64,000 nucleotides of DNA from Veleropilina oligotropha (GCA_048128005.1 JBEUKZ010000137.1:186001-250000); one strand, 5' to 3'; shown: positions 12,910 through 25,477, counted from the stretch's first letter. Numbers and translations are program-made. The notes: generated by a model from the sequence alone, not told the origin.

Positions 12910-13135
12910 ATGTTTAATGTCCTGTATATTTACAGCCATCAGGTTCAATTAAAGCAGAACAAGTCCATATCGTAGCGGAAAGAAAGTCCGGCTGCCAGGG
13001 GAAACCCGTCCTCTCCTACCAGTTACGGACAACTGTGATTTATGACTGAATAAATAATGACAATATCCCAACCGAGATTCGAACACACTACTGTTTGTGT
13101 TAGCAGAATCGACCCAGTGGCAGAGTCTGCAACCG
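12910..13135 (-). mobile_element. Diverged SINE related to family A
   Basis: Shares TTAATGTCCTGTATATTT, GGACAACTGTGATT and GAGATTCGAAC blocks. Similar diverged copies at ~8770-8905, 14165-14290, 20753-20950, 39330-39500 and 42345-42520. Confidence 0.65.
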
Positions 13136-13310
13136 AAACTCCTTCTTAGTATTACCTGCAAATTAAAAGTAACTGCCTACTGGACAAAAGTATTAAATGA
13201 TAGAAACTTGTTACACCAAAGAGCTTACTTATTGCAAATATAACCCACTCAAATAATTTCCACGCTACTTCTATACATATCTTAAATGAAATTGGTCTCA
13301 GACCATTGTG

Positions 13311-13571
13311 GGCCGCTTCGGCAGCGCAGTGGGTAAGAGTGTCCACTCTAACTTCACTGGCTTTATTCCGCTAATGTGAACAGTAGTGGGTTCAATACCT
13401 GGCTGAGGCATTGAAATTTGTTCAAGTTATGAATCACAGTTGTCCGTGACTGGCCTAAGAGGGCGGGTTTACCCGGGCGACCGGGGTTTCCTCCCGCGAT
13501 AACACGGACATGTCCTGCCTTGAACCTCGATGTTGTAAATATACAGGAAATTAAGCATCATTCCTCCCTCC
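13311..13571 (+). mobile_element. tRNA-derived SINE, family A, full length
   Basis: Starts GGCCGCTTCGGCAGCGCAGTGG; 14-bp TSD CTCAGAC(C/G)ATTGTG at 13297-13310 and 13572-13585. Confidence 0.85.
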
Positions 13572-14797
13572 CTCAGACGATTGTGGTTAACACAACATCG
13601 AGATAATTTCATTGTTCCATTACATATAATAAACATGTACCAAAAAATAACTTATATATACATCCAAAATTGGCATTTTTCATTAGAGGAAAGCAATTAA
13701 TTTTGAAATACAGATTGTATAAAACTGAGTTTAAATATGAGGATTATCTGAACATACGTGACGATAATTAAAGACATTATTTAACGCCTTTCTGGTGCAG
13801 TGCACACTGGCTGGAAATAGACATTGATAGATTTAGAAATATACCCAGACAACAAAGAATATGTAAATTGTGTACAATTATGCCGATTTTCGAAGACAAA
13901 TACCATTTTCTGCTATATATCCTGTTTATCAACAATTGAGAAGAAAATCCTTCCAATGTATTTTTGCTGCTGGGCATCAATAAATAAATTCAAACAATTG
14001 ATGAACAGCAAAAATCACAAATATTAAAAACGTTTGCAGATTTATCTATGAAGCAACAAGACTGTGATCTAATTGACTTAATATTATTAACTGGTATGCT
14101 GTATACATATATTTCTATCTACCTTTTACATCACTTTAAATCATTGACTTGACTGCTCTGAATAACTGCTGTGCGTTCGAATCTCGGTTGAGGCATAGAC
14201 ATTCTTTGTTCAGTTACTAATCTCAGTTGTTCGTAACTGTTTTAGCAAACTTCATGGTCATACCAGGAGGTACCCATATTATCACAGAAGACTGTTAAAT
14301 GAACGAAGTGCTCAGGCAAGGATTCGAACACAATGCTGCACGACACAGCAGTCAAGGGATTAAATCGAGGGCCCACGCTCTTGTCCACTGGACTACTGGT
14401 GCGGCAACCTAAATGTAAAAGTATGCAACTGATGAAATGTTGAATATTACACTTCATAGTGAGTGGAGGATTTCCTAGGTATTACTCCCCCCGGAGGGGG
14501 GGAGAATTTCCTAGCGGGGGGGAGTATTTCCTAGGAATTTCTCCCCCCTGGGGTGGGGAGGGAGAATTTCCTTTTACACCGGTACTGGCAGCCGTACTGC
14601 AGTACGTACCGACTTGCATTGAGAATCGCGGTATACCGGTAAAAAACCGTGCACCTCTACTATTCAAAAGTTATAATTTACATCTGGATCTATAAATAAT
14701 CATTCAAGATCAATGATGATCATCACATAGTCTTATTTGAGACATTAAACGTTGATTACATAATATACCAATTAGGTATTGGACTACATTGGTTTAA

Positions 14798-15212
14798 AGA
14801 CAATATTGCCCGTAAATGCGCTCTTATGCACGAGTTGTTCTGACACCATCTATCGCCCGGTTCGCGCAGATTGATACAAATTTCGCGAAGATATAATCAA
14901 TATATGATCAAATGATAGACTTTTATTGAAATTATTATTGTAACTGGGCAATATATGTTATTGTCAAGTAGAAAGCTATCTTACTTGACGAGCAGAAACC
15001 AACACAACTGTGCTCTAACTAGGTCAATTGGAAAGGTACTTGGTGCGAGGTAATTAAACACGGACTGCGTTTTATTATTTTTAATATTATTATTATTACT
15101 GACGAAAGTTGAGTATTGAAAATTCCTAACTTTTTATGTTATAAACAATAAGTGTAATGTTGTTAGTTTTCTTTTTAAAAAAGAAAGAGCGCATTTATGG
15201 GCAATAATCTCT
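14798..15212. mobile_element. MITE with TTAA TSD (Kolobok-like)
   Basis: TTAA|AGACAATATTGCCCGTAAATGCGCTCT ... AGAGCGCATTTATGGGCAATAATCTCT|TTAA. Confidence 0.75.
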
Positions 15213-15626
15213 TTAAAACTTTATTATATTCTTTAATCTTATTCATATTACAGCATTCTAAAGAAGGCAAAAGGTAAAGGTGACAGTTTTAGTCTAATTA
15301 CTCCTCGACCTCAAACAACTTCATAATTACGTTCACGGATATGGGGGCCTGTTCCATATGAGATTCATTCTTAGCTCCCTCTATGCGACGTTAGAGATGT
15401 TACACGGGAGTAACATTGTGACATACATAACTGACAACCCGATACCCATTCAGATCGGCTGGGTGGACAGAGGCAAGTATATGCTTATTTCTTTTTTAGC
15501 CGAGCTCGGGGCTCGAACATCAGCCACTGCAACCAAAGGCCTGTGAGCTACCTACCCTCTTTGCGTTGTGAATTTTCAATTATAATCAAAATTTCACCAC
15601 CCGATGTCCAACAAAGTAAAACTGAC

Positions 15627-15807
15627 CTCTTCTCCGTCAGGACGATTCTTCCAGTCCCAAAATCAGTTTTGGTGAGAGACGAAACTTTCAGGATGAATTC
15701 GTTCTCCAGGAGCTTCTGCCGGTCCAAGATGAATTCGATCTCGCTGCAATTCGCTTGGTTTTCTTGCCAGAAATCGTAAAATACTTCCATCGTGGTTTGG
15801 TCAATAT
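15627..15807 (-). CDS. DENND3: DENND3-like exon (YIDQTTMEVFYDFWQENQ...TDFGTGRIVLTEKR)
   Basis: CAG acceptor, GTCAGT donor, 181 nt, phases 1/2 consistent with neighbouring exons. Confidence 0.85.
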
Positions 15808-15859
15808 CTGGACAAATGAAATAATTCAGTGAAATGTCGGGAGAATGAAGCATGTGTGC

Positions 15860-16270
15860 CGTCCTTAGCTCCAGGGACTATGTTAAAAAAAGTAAAAATT
15901 GTAGTAAAAATATATATTTTCATTGTTGCCACAATAGTTCATACTTATATATAATAGCTTATGAAGTTTGAAGAAGATGGCTATTGATTAACATCGAAAA
16001 AGGTAGGTGAGTTTCTTATAGCATGAGATCAGAAATGAAGCCCCAGAGACTGTTTAAAAACGTAAAAAAATGTGGTAAGAAATAAATATTTTCATTCAAT
16101 ATTCAAACTCATGATAGTTCATACTTATATGTAATAGCATATTAAGTTTGAAGAAGATCGCTCATGATTAACATCGAAAAAGATAGTCTGCTACGGATGG
16201 ACGGACACATGAACGGACCAAAAGCATAATGCTCCCTGGCCGACTAAAGTAGAGCCGGGGGCAAAAAAAA
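15860..16270. mobile_element. Partial HINE-like element, family C (~180-bp units)
   Basis: Same units and terminal hairpin (CCCTGGCCGACTAAAGT.GAGCCGGGGGC) as 23321-25858. Confidence 0.7.
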
Positions 16271-16731
16271 GTAAAGATTCTACCTACAATCCAGGGCTCT
16301 GGTGGTCAAGGCTATGGTGTGTTAGTGGTCTACTTACAATCCGGGATGTTAATGGTCAAGGCTTGGATCAGGCGCTGCATGGTGTTATTGCATCATGTCA
16401 TAGTGATATCTACTTACACTCCTGTGCCTGATGTTAAGATCTAGTCGTAGGTCAAGTCCAAGACTTGTTTACAAGTCAAAGACTTGCTTACCATAGTAAG
16501 AGTCAGCCGACATTATTTTGATAGCTAGACTTTTAACTTTGCAGCTTCCTTTTGTACCGAGGTGGCCTAGGATGCAAAGCATATCACCAGCCAGAACGAG
16601 CCTAGTCCGTTCTCCTAAAACACAATCAACTGTTTAGTGTAGTCCTGGACTCGACCTAAGCAGAGTTCATAAAACCGGGCACTGGTGCTGAGGATCAAGG
16701 CTATATATGATGTCGCATAGCGATCTACTTA

Positions 16732-17907
16732 CCATATTTGCGCGTGTATAAGTAGACTATTTTTTCACATTTTCGAAGTCCCGAAGTTGGGGGGGTCGCC
16801 TTATACACACAACATATCATGTTTTTCGCCGGAAATCTCACCCATGATAATAGTATTAGCCTACTTGTATTTAAATGGTTCTTTATTATTATTATAAATA
16901 TATGTCCTGGTAATAAATTAATTTGCAAAGGAGAATTTGCGTAATGTATTTTTCTTTCCATGAATATTCTGACCTGTTTCAGTAGAATTGATATATAGTT
17001 TACTAGGGTGTGGAAATTCATATTCTGAATGTTTCTCTTCTGGTGAACACGTGTCGCGTTATCAGCCGCCATGTTGAAAATGTAGCCCCATGTTTTAATC
17101 TCGAATCGATTTGTTTTTACAATTATTGAATAATTATTTCTAGCGATATTTAATTAGTCCAGTATATTATGATATGATATAAAAAAACTGATAAGACGTT
17201 GTCTTCATATATAAACTAAAATAATAATTAAATCACCGTAGTTCTCAACGACGATGCTACGAAACCAAATCAGGGGATATAATTTTTTATTTTGTTACAA
17301 AAGAAACGTTGTGTTGATGTTGTCTTATAATTATGTTATTTATCGGCAAACTAAGTGATGTTCACATGAATACATGTAACGGCACCTTTTACATTGATTT
17401 GTAAGCCTAATCTTTGATTTTGCGTTCAGATAAACCCAAAAGTCTGTCATTTGGACTTTGACAATAGATTTTAATCCGATTATCGATCGATGTCTGCCAT
17501 CCCATAATATCCCCGATTGACATCGTTCATTTCCGTAACATTTCTACACTGAAACGATGTTTATCGAACTTTCAGTTCCGACTTTTTCCGGAAGTAAAAA
17601 TAATTTTGAAACCCACGAGGTTGAAAAAATGGTTAAACTTTGAATGTTACTGTTGAATAAACATCTTTACGATGGCATAGCAAGACATATCGGCAAATAC
17701 GCAAGTATTTTGATCAATTTAACGATGTTAATATCAATTATGTATTGTGCAGTCGAAAATTTCTTATGCAAATATGTTCGCAGCCGGTTGACAATTGGAA
17801 GTTGGGGGTCGTCTTATACAAACAGCATATAAATGATTCTGGTTTCAAAAGTGAAAGTTGGGGGGTCGTCTTATGCAACGGGTCGACTTGTACACGCGCA
17901 AATACGG
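16732..17907. mobile_element. Tc1/mariner (pogo/Tigger-type) MITE
   Basis: TA|CCATATTTGCGCGTGTATAAGTAGAC ... GTCGACTTGTACACGCGCAAATACGG|TA; inserted at the TA of one unit of the 65-bp array. Confidence 0.8.
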
Positions 17908-19676
17908 TACACTCCTGGGTGTTGAGGGTCAGGGCTTTGAACAGGCGCTGCATGGTGTCATATATATCTACTTACACTCCTGGGTGTTGAGCGTCAGGGC
18001 TTGGAACAGGTGCTGCATGGTGTCATACATATCTACTTAAACTCCTGGGTGTTGAGGGTCAGGGCTTGGAACAGGCTCTGCATGGTGGCATACAGATCTA
18101 CTTACACTCCTGGGCGTTGAGGGTCAGGGCTTGGAACAGGCGCTGCATGGTGTCATACAGATCTACTTACACTCCTGGGTGTTGAGGGTCAGGGCTTGGA
18201 ACAGGCGCTGCATGGTGTCATAGCAATCTACTTACCACTCCTGGGTGTTGAGGGTCAGGGCTTGGAACAGGCACTGCATGGTGTCATAGCAATCTACTTA
18301 CACTCCTGGGTGTTGAGCGTCAGGGCTCAGGGCTTGGAACAGGCTCTGCATGGTGGCATACAGATCTACTTACACTCCTGGGTGTTGAGCGTCAGGGCTT
18401 GGAACAGGCGCTGCATGGTGTCATACAGATCTACTTACACTCCTGGGTGTTGAGGGTCAGGGCTTGGAACAGGCGCTGCATGGTGTCATACATATCTACT
18501 TACACTCCTGGGCGTTGAGGGTCAGGGCTTGGAACAGGTGCTGCATGGTGTCATACAGATCTACTTACACTCCTGGGCGTTGAGGGTCAGGGCTTGGAAC
18601 AGGCACTGCATGGTGTCATACATATCTACTTACACTCCTGGGCGTTGAGGGTCAGGGCTTGGAACAGGCGCTGCATGGTGTCATACAGATCTACTTACAC
18701 TCCTGGGTGTTGAGGGTCAGGGCTTGGAACAGGCGCTGCATGGTGTCATAGCAATCTACTTACACTCCTGGGTGTTGAGGGTCAGGGCTTGGAACAGGCA
18801 CTGCATGGTGTCATAGCAATCTACTTACACTCCTGGGTGTTGAGCGTCAGGGCTCAGGGCTTGGAACAGGCTCTGCATGGTGGCATACAGATCTACTTAC
18901 ACTCCTGGGTGTTGAGCGTCAGGGCTTGGAACAGGCGCTGCATGGTGTCATACAGATCTACTTACACTCCTGGGTGTTGAGGGTCAGGGCTTGGAACAGG
19001 CGCTGCATGGTGTCATACATATCTACTTACACTCCTGGGTGTTGAGCGTCAGGGCTCAGGGCTTGGAACAGGCTCTGCATGGTGGCATACAGATCTACTT
19101 ACACTCCTGGGTGTTGAGGGTCAGGGCTTGGAACAGGTGCTGCATGGTGTCATACAGATCTACTTACACTCCTGGGCGTTGAGGGTCAGGGCTTGGAACA
19201 GGCGCTGCATGGTGTCATACAGATCTATTTACACTCCTGGGTGTTGAGGGTCAGGGCTTGGAACAGGCGCTGCATGGTGGCATACAGATCTACTTACACT
19301 CCTGGGCGTTGAGGGTCAGGGCTTGGAACAGGCGCTGCATGGTGTCATAGCAATCTACTTACACTCCTGGGTGTTGAGGGTCAGGGCTTGGAACAGGCGC
19401 TGCATGGTGTCATAGCAATCTACTTACACTCCTGGGTGTTGAGCGTCAGGGCTTGGAACAGGCGCTGCATGGTGTCATACAGATCTACTTACACTCAGTC
19501 CTGGGTGTTGAGGGTCAGGGCTTGGAACAGGTGCTGCATGGTGTCATAGCAATCTACTTACACTCCTGGGTGTTGAGGGTCAGGGCTTGGAACAGGCGTT
19601 GCATGGTGTCATACAGATCTACTTACACTCCTGGGTGTTGAGCGTCAGGGCTTGGAACAGGCGCTGCATGGTGTCG
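17908..19676. repeat. 65-bp tandem array (~27 units) derived from an exon 3' end plus GTAAGT donor
   Basis: Unit CTACTTACACTCCTGGGTGTTGAGGGTCAGGGCTTGGAACAGGCGCTGCATGGTGTCATACAGAT; the last unit overlaps exon 19627-19728. Confidence 0.95.
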
Positions 19677-19728
19677 TAGTCCGTCGTCACCTCCAACAGA
19701 GAAATCAGCTCCATGAAGTCATCAACAT
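19627..19728 (-). CDS. DENND3: DENND3-like exon (DVDDFMELISLLEVTTDYDTMQRLFQALTLNTQE)
   Basis: CAG acceptor, GTAAGT donor, 102 nt, phase 1/1. Confidence 0.85.
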
Positions 19729-20216
19729 CTGAATGAACAGAATCAAGCAGATTTGACAGAAAAGCAACAAGGCAAGTTACCTGTTATGAAGTTTCGTTTC
19801 GGAATTGTAATATTCCATATTTCTTAAATTCTTTTCGCAATTGTATAATTCCATGTTTTTGATGCTATCGTATTTGTTGTACTTCCGTTCTCGGTAACGA
19901 CGTGGAATGATACATGTTTGAAAAATACAAATTACTTTCTTGAAATACGGAGTCATTCCTTTATTCAAAGAACATACATTCGTCAAACATGGTTAGCGTA
20001 AACGCCGCAACATTACCGCTGAATACTTAACGACCATGTAATAACATTTCGACTCAATCTCGAAAACCCACCAGTTGGCACCTTAACCAGTCATATGTCA
20101 TTGTCTCTGCCTATCTAGACAAAACTTGTTTGTCATAGAGATTAACATCAGGAAGGAGGGTTTGATGGACGGGGCAGTTTGAAATGTTGTATTGGAAAGG
20201 AAAGGATCGACCCTTA

Positions 20217-20752
20217 GGCCGTGTTCCCACCGAGATTGAACATATGCAACTCTGCGTTGCATCTCAGTGGGAACACGCTCAAACGGATAATCGGACCAAA
20301 GTTTGAACCCTCAAAAATACACAGTTCAAAAGTTAAGCCGATCGATGCAACTCGGTGTGAACACTTGGTTGTCTTAAAACGACGCATGGTGGCGCTCTAA
20401 ATCTCGCGAGAAATGGATCTGTTCTTTCGACTCGCATGGCGATTCAAGCAAGCTTGAAACTGTCGCCGTTGTCAATGGAGTTGTCGTTGCCGATTAGTAA
20501 TTAGAATATTAGTAAGATTCAAGTGTTTGGTGTAAGACGTTAACCAACATCATGACAAATGCTATGATCTCCGCCATGTTAGATATTGTAAGCTGTCACT
20601 TGACTGCGAGTTTCGCCATCTGTTATCTAATCCGTAACATTAACCGGCAAGTTGCCAACAATTTGATCTAACCGTTACAACTGTTGGTGAGAACAACTGC
20701 ATCGGATTAAATTTTACCGATGCATAAGTTCAAACTCGGTGGGAACACGGCC
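20217..20752. mobile_element. PIF/Harbinger-like MITE inserted in a SINE tail
   Basis: TIR GGCCGTGTTCCCACCGAG, TTA TSD. Confidence 0.8.
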
Positions 20753-21012
20753 TTAATGTCCTGTACATTTCCAACCATTAGATACAAAGCAGAAGGAAAG
20801 ACTGATCACCCGGGGAAACCCGCCCTCTCCGACCACTGACGGATAACTGTGATTCATAACTTGAACAGATAATGTCAAGTCCCAACCGAGATTCGAACCC
20901 ACTACTGTTCATGTCAGCGGAATCAAGCCAGTGATTTTTTGAAGCCTGTAACCGAAACCACACGACTGTCGGAGCAGCCAAATCTTGTATTGTGCTGTTA
21001 AATTTTACATGA

Positions 21013-22353
21013 GTGAACAACTTCTCAGTGTGTGTGAACAACTTCTCAGTGTGCGTGAACAACTTCTCAGTGTGCGTGAACAACTTCTCAGTGTGTGTGA
21101 ACAACTTCTCAGTGTGTGTGAACAACTTCTCAGTGTGTGTGAACAACTTCTCAGTGTGCGTGAACAACTTCTCAGTGTGCGTGAACAACTTCTCAGTGTG
21201 CGTGAACAACTTCTCAGTGTGCGTGAACAACTTCTCAGTGTGTGTGAACAACTTCTCAGTGTGCGTGAACAACTCCTCAGTGTGTGTGAACAACTTCTGT
21301 GTGTGTGAACAACTTCTCAGTGTGCGTGAACAACTTCTCAGTGTGTGTGAACAACTTCTCAGTGTGCGTGAACAACTTCTCAGTGTGTGTGAACAACTTC
21401 TCAGTGTGCGTGAACAACTTCTCAGTGTGTGTGAACAACTTCTCAGTGTGCGTGAACAACTTCTCAGTGTGCGTGAACAACTTCTCAGTGTGCGTGAACA
21501 ACTTCTCAGTGTGCGTGAACAACTTCTCAGTGTGTGTGAACAACTTCTCAGTGTGTGTGAACAACTTCTCAGTGTGCGTGAACAACTCCTCAGTGTGTGT
21601 GAACAACTTCTGTGTGTGTGAACAACTTCTCAGTGTGCGTGAACAACTTCTCAGTGTGTGTGAACAACTTCTCAGTGTGTGTGAACAACTTCTCAGTGTG
21701 CGTGAACAACTTCTCAGTGTGTGTGAACAACTTCTCAGTGTGTGTGAACAACTTCTCAGTGTGCGTGAACAACTTCTCAGTGTGCGTGAACAACTTCTCA
21801 GTGTGTGAACAACTTCTCAGTGTGTGTGAACAACTTCTCAGTGTGCGTGAACAACTTCTCAGTGTGCGTGAACAACTTCTCAGTGTGTGTGAACAACTTC
21901 TCAGTGTGCGTGAACAACTTCTGTGTGCGTGAACAACTTCGCAGTGTGCGTGAACAACTTCTCAGTGTGCGTGAACAACTTCTCAGTGTGTGTGAACAAC
22001 TTCTCAGTGTGTGTGAACAACTTCTCAGTGTGCGTGAACAACTTCTCAGTGTGTGTGAACAACTTCTCAGTGTGCGTGAACAACTTCTCAGTGTGTGTGA
22101 ACAACTTCTCAGTGTGTGTGAACAACTTCTCAGTGTGCGTGAACAACTTCTCAGTGTGTGTGTGAACAACTTCTCAGTGTGTGTGAACAACTTCTCAGTG
22201 TGGGTGAACAACTTCTCAGTGTGTGTGAACAACTTCTCAGTGTGCGTGAACAACTTCTCAGTGTGTGTGAACAACTTCTCAGTGTGCGTGAACAACTTCT
22301 CAGTGTGTGTGAACAACTTCTCAGTGTGTGTGAACAACTTCTCAGTGTGTGTG
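21013..22353. repeat. 21-bp minisatellite (GTGAACAACTTCTCAGTGTGY) x~64
   Basis: Direct read; begins ~10 nt into the intron after exon 22364-22524. Confidence 0.95.
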
Positions 22354-22363
22354 CAACGATTAC

Positions 22364-22524
22364 CGACGTCATGTTCCGGGATTTTCACCGGCTCGATGAA
22401 ACTCTTCCGTCGTTGGCTGTGAGCCGGTCCATCGATTAAATCGGTCAAATGATGGAATCTCGTCTTATCCAGAAAATCATCGCGGTCCTTCTCTGGAAGT
22501 TCCTTGATAATCCGCTTGAGAACA
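22364..22524 (-). CDS. DENND3: DENND3-like exon (VLKRIIKELPEKDRDDFLDK...KIPEHDV)
   Basis: CAG acceptor, GTAATC donor, 161 nt, phase 2/1. Confidence 0.85.
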
Positions 22525-22726
22525 CTGGATAAAAATGGCATACAATTATTAATAGATTACGATTATTAGTGACTACTCCAACAGTCTCATGTATGGAGCA
22601 TCAGAACACATCAATGATAAGCATAAGTACCATGATCCGATATGTCTCACCTCTTTAGATATATGAATTTATTAGAGTATGCCAGACTATTAGGTGACAT
22701 CCACATAAACAATACCAAAGCATATA

Positions 22727-23146
22727 CCGTAAAGCTTCTAATAGAAGCCGGGCGTTTATTAGAGGCCCGGCGTCTATTACTTTCGACTACCGGGTACTGT
22801 ATTTCTGTACTTAGAACTTCACCTTCACATTGTGTCCAGCTCGACCTGTAAACATGAAATCCCCGAATGGGGCTTTCAAAAGTCCAAATACATGTATATT
22901 CACTTGTTCTTGACATTAATGAAATAAATCACAAGACAGCATGTCATCCAGGCATTACAGACTAAGCGTGTGAACACAATATGCTTTTATTTTTGCTCGT
23001 GTCGTTTCCATGGCATAAAGACATCTCTGAATGACCCGGCATTTATTAGAGGCCCGGCCACTATTAATTTCAATGCATTCATACCCCCGGCATCTATTGG
23101 AGGCTGGCGTCTATTAGAGGCCCGGCTACTATTAGAAGCTTTATGG
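22727..23146. mobile_element. Tc1/mariner-type MITE
   Basis: TA|CCGTAAAGCTTCTAATAG ... CTATTAGAAGCTTTATGG|TA with internal TATTAGAGGCCCGGC repeats. Confidence 0.8.
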
Positions 23147-24343
23147 TATATTCCAAAAAGAGGTCTTAGTATCACATATACACTAAATGATAAACTTCAA
23201 CCAAAAACTTTAACCAAATTTATATGTTCACAAACACTAATATAGCTTCATTAATATAATTATATTAAAATTTATTCCATATTTCCGCCAGAGTACGTAT
23301 CAGGTGGCAGCCATACAATAAACTAGAAATGTGTCTACGACACTGCAGATGCCCCCGGTATATGTTCAAGCCATTGATACACATCACTATATCTGTTCTT
23401 AAACATTATAAAAGGAAACGATGATGTCGTTTTTCTATCATTCGGCTGACCGTATATAAAGTGCACAAAGCATTTGCACAGGCATCCCAAAACTTGCGAA
23501 ACCTTGTTAATTCAAGATGCTGATTCCGCTTCGTTACTAAATTACATATACATATTTTCATTCCATATAAGAACTCAGGATAGTTCATACTTATATATAA
23601 TAGCATATGAAGTTTGAAGAAGGTGGATATTGATTAACATCGAAAAAGGTAGGTGAGTTTCTTATAGCATGAGATCAGAAATGAAGCTCCAGATGCTATG
23701 TTCAAAAACATAAAAAATGTAGTAAAAAATAAATATTTTCATTCAACATTCGAACTCATGATAGTTCATACATATATATAATAGCTTATGAAGTTTGAAG
23801 CAGATGACTATTGATTAACATAAGAAAAGGTATGCAAGTTTCTTATAGCATGAGATCAGAAATGTACGTCCAGAGACTATGTTCCAAAACATAAAAATGT
23901 AGTAAAAAATAAATATTTCCATTCAACATTCGAACTCATGATAGTTCATACATATATCTAATAGCTTATCAAGTTTGAACGAGATGGCTCTTGATTAACA
24001 TCGAAAAAGATAGGTGAGATTTTCATAGTATGGGATAAGAAATTATAGTACGAGATAAGAAATTATGCTCCAGAGACTATGTCCAAAAGCGGGAAAGATA
24101 TGGTAAAAATACTTATTTTCTTTCAATATTCGAACTCCTGATAGTGCATACTTATATATAATAGCATATGAAGTTTGAAAACGGTGGCTATTCATTAACA
24201 TCAAAAAAGATTGGCGAGTTTCTTATAGCACAAGATCAGAAATTACGCTCCAGAGACTATGTTCAGAAACGTAAAAAATGTCGTAAAAAAATAAATATTT
24301 TCTTTCAACATTTGAACTCATGATGGATGGTTCATACTTATAT

Positions 24344-24865
24344 TTATCACATGACAAAGCTGTTATGGAACGGTTTAAGCCATTCCATAAATTTCATTAA
24401 AAAAGACACGTCTCATAAGCATGCAAATGAGGGTGAGCATGACGGCCGATTATCGCATCTGGCGCCAAGTAGATTAGGCGGCGAAACACCCTCATTAACA
24501 TAATGAATAATTCATACGCGTTCACTCGTCGATTACGGACGTTGAACTATTTGTTATTGGCGTACTGGCGTGGCGCGTGCTGTCGAGGCGTGAAGCGTCT
24601 GGGTCAGGCCGTTTATGACTGAAATTAATGACAGAAATTAGTTTTAAAACGTAAAGAAATGTGTTTAAAAACGCAATAAAATAAGTTTAAAGGTAAATAA
24701 AGTCATGTGATAAAGAAGATATGGAACTTGTGTCCATTTCATATGAGAATTATGAAACTCGTCAGCAAATTTATGTACCTCGCCAAGGCTCGGTACATAA
24801 ATTGTGCCCGACTCGTTTCATAATTCGCATATGGAATGGACACTCGTTCCATATCCTCTATTTAC
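24344..24865. mobile_element. Palindrome-rich non-autonomous element (Crypton-like, tentative)
   Basis: Inverted TTTATCACATGAC / GTCATGTGATAAA plus a ~140-bp imperfect hairpin at 24716-24858 centred on CTCGCCAAGGCTCG. Confidence 0.55.
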
Positions 24866-25039
24866 ACAACGGCTCTTTTGTTTTAAAGAGGTTGGTATTC
24901 AGCGTGAACACCTTGTTTTCAATGACGATTCAAAAGTAGGGTGGTATAGCCATACCAACCTACTTTTCACTCTATACCGACCTGCGTCCGTGCAAGACGG
25001 CTAAAGCTGATCACAAGCTAAATTGACAACAAAGGAGCT

Positions 25040-25212
25040 ATAATTGGCCGTTGTGTAAGTCGGTTACAAACCTCGTTAGTCGGTATTCATCTATTTGAAA
25101 GACCTGCTTCCGTGCTGTAACACCTCGACCGCTGGACCGCGGTCTCGGTCCGCACGGGCGCAGGTCTTTCAAATCGATGAATACCTCCAACTCGGTTAGT
25201 AACCTATACATA
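25040..25212. mobile_element. Second palindromic element fragment (Crypton-like, tentative)
   Basis: Imperfect hairpin GGTATTCATCTATTTGAAAGACCTGC ... GCAGGTCTTTCAAATCGATGAATACC. Confidence 0.5.
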
Positions 25213-25477
25213 TTTAATTTAGCTTGTGAAATTTGAAGAAGATGGCTATTGATTAACATCGAAAAAGGTAGGTGAGTTTTCTTATAGCATGAGATCAAAT
25301 ATGTAGCTCCAGAGACTATGTTCAAAAATGTAAAATAATGTGATAAAAAATAGTGCATTATAGTTCATACTTATATATACCGGTAATAGCATATTAATTT
25401 TTAAGAAGATCGCTCTTGATTAACATCAATAAAGATAGGTGAGTTCAATCTGTTACGGTCGAACGCACCAAAAACAT

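Larger units (their letters stand above)
10633..14582. mobile_element. TIR element (CCGGTGTA...TACACCGG) with TA flanks and sub-terminal TTCCTAGGAA repeats
   Basis: Inverted termini with C-rich/G-rich arms at 10633-10795 and 14460-14582. Confidence 0.7.
9596..14659. mobile_element. Non-autonomous hAT-like element containing nested insertions
   Basis: Termini TAGAG...CTCTA, sub-terminal CGCGGTATACCG repeats at both ends, 8-bp TSD CTATTCAA at 9588-9595 and 14660-14667. Confidence 0.8.

Noticed and set aside
13311..13410. tRNA gene
   Set aside because: SINE head followed by body, tail and TSD; multiple diverged copies.
17908..19676. CRISPR array call for the 65-bp and 40-bp arrays
   Set aside because: Head-to-tail repeats without unique spacers, eukaryotic context, no cas genes.
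20778..22439. Long ORFs such as (FTHTEKL)n, (CVNNFSV)n and (EQLLSV)n
   Set aside because: Artefacts of a stop-free 21-bp minisatellite; the real exon ends at the GT donor at 22363.
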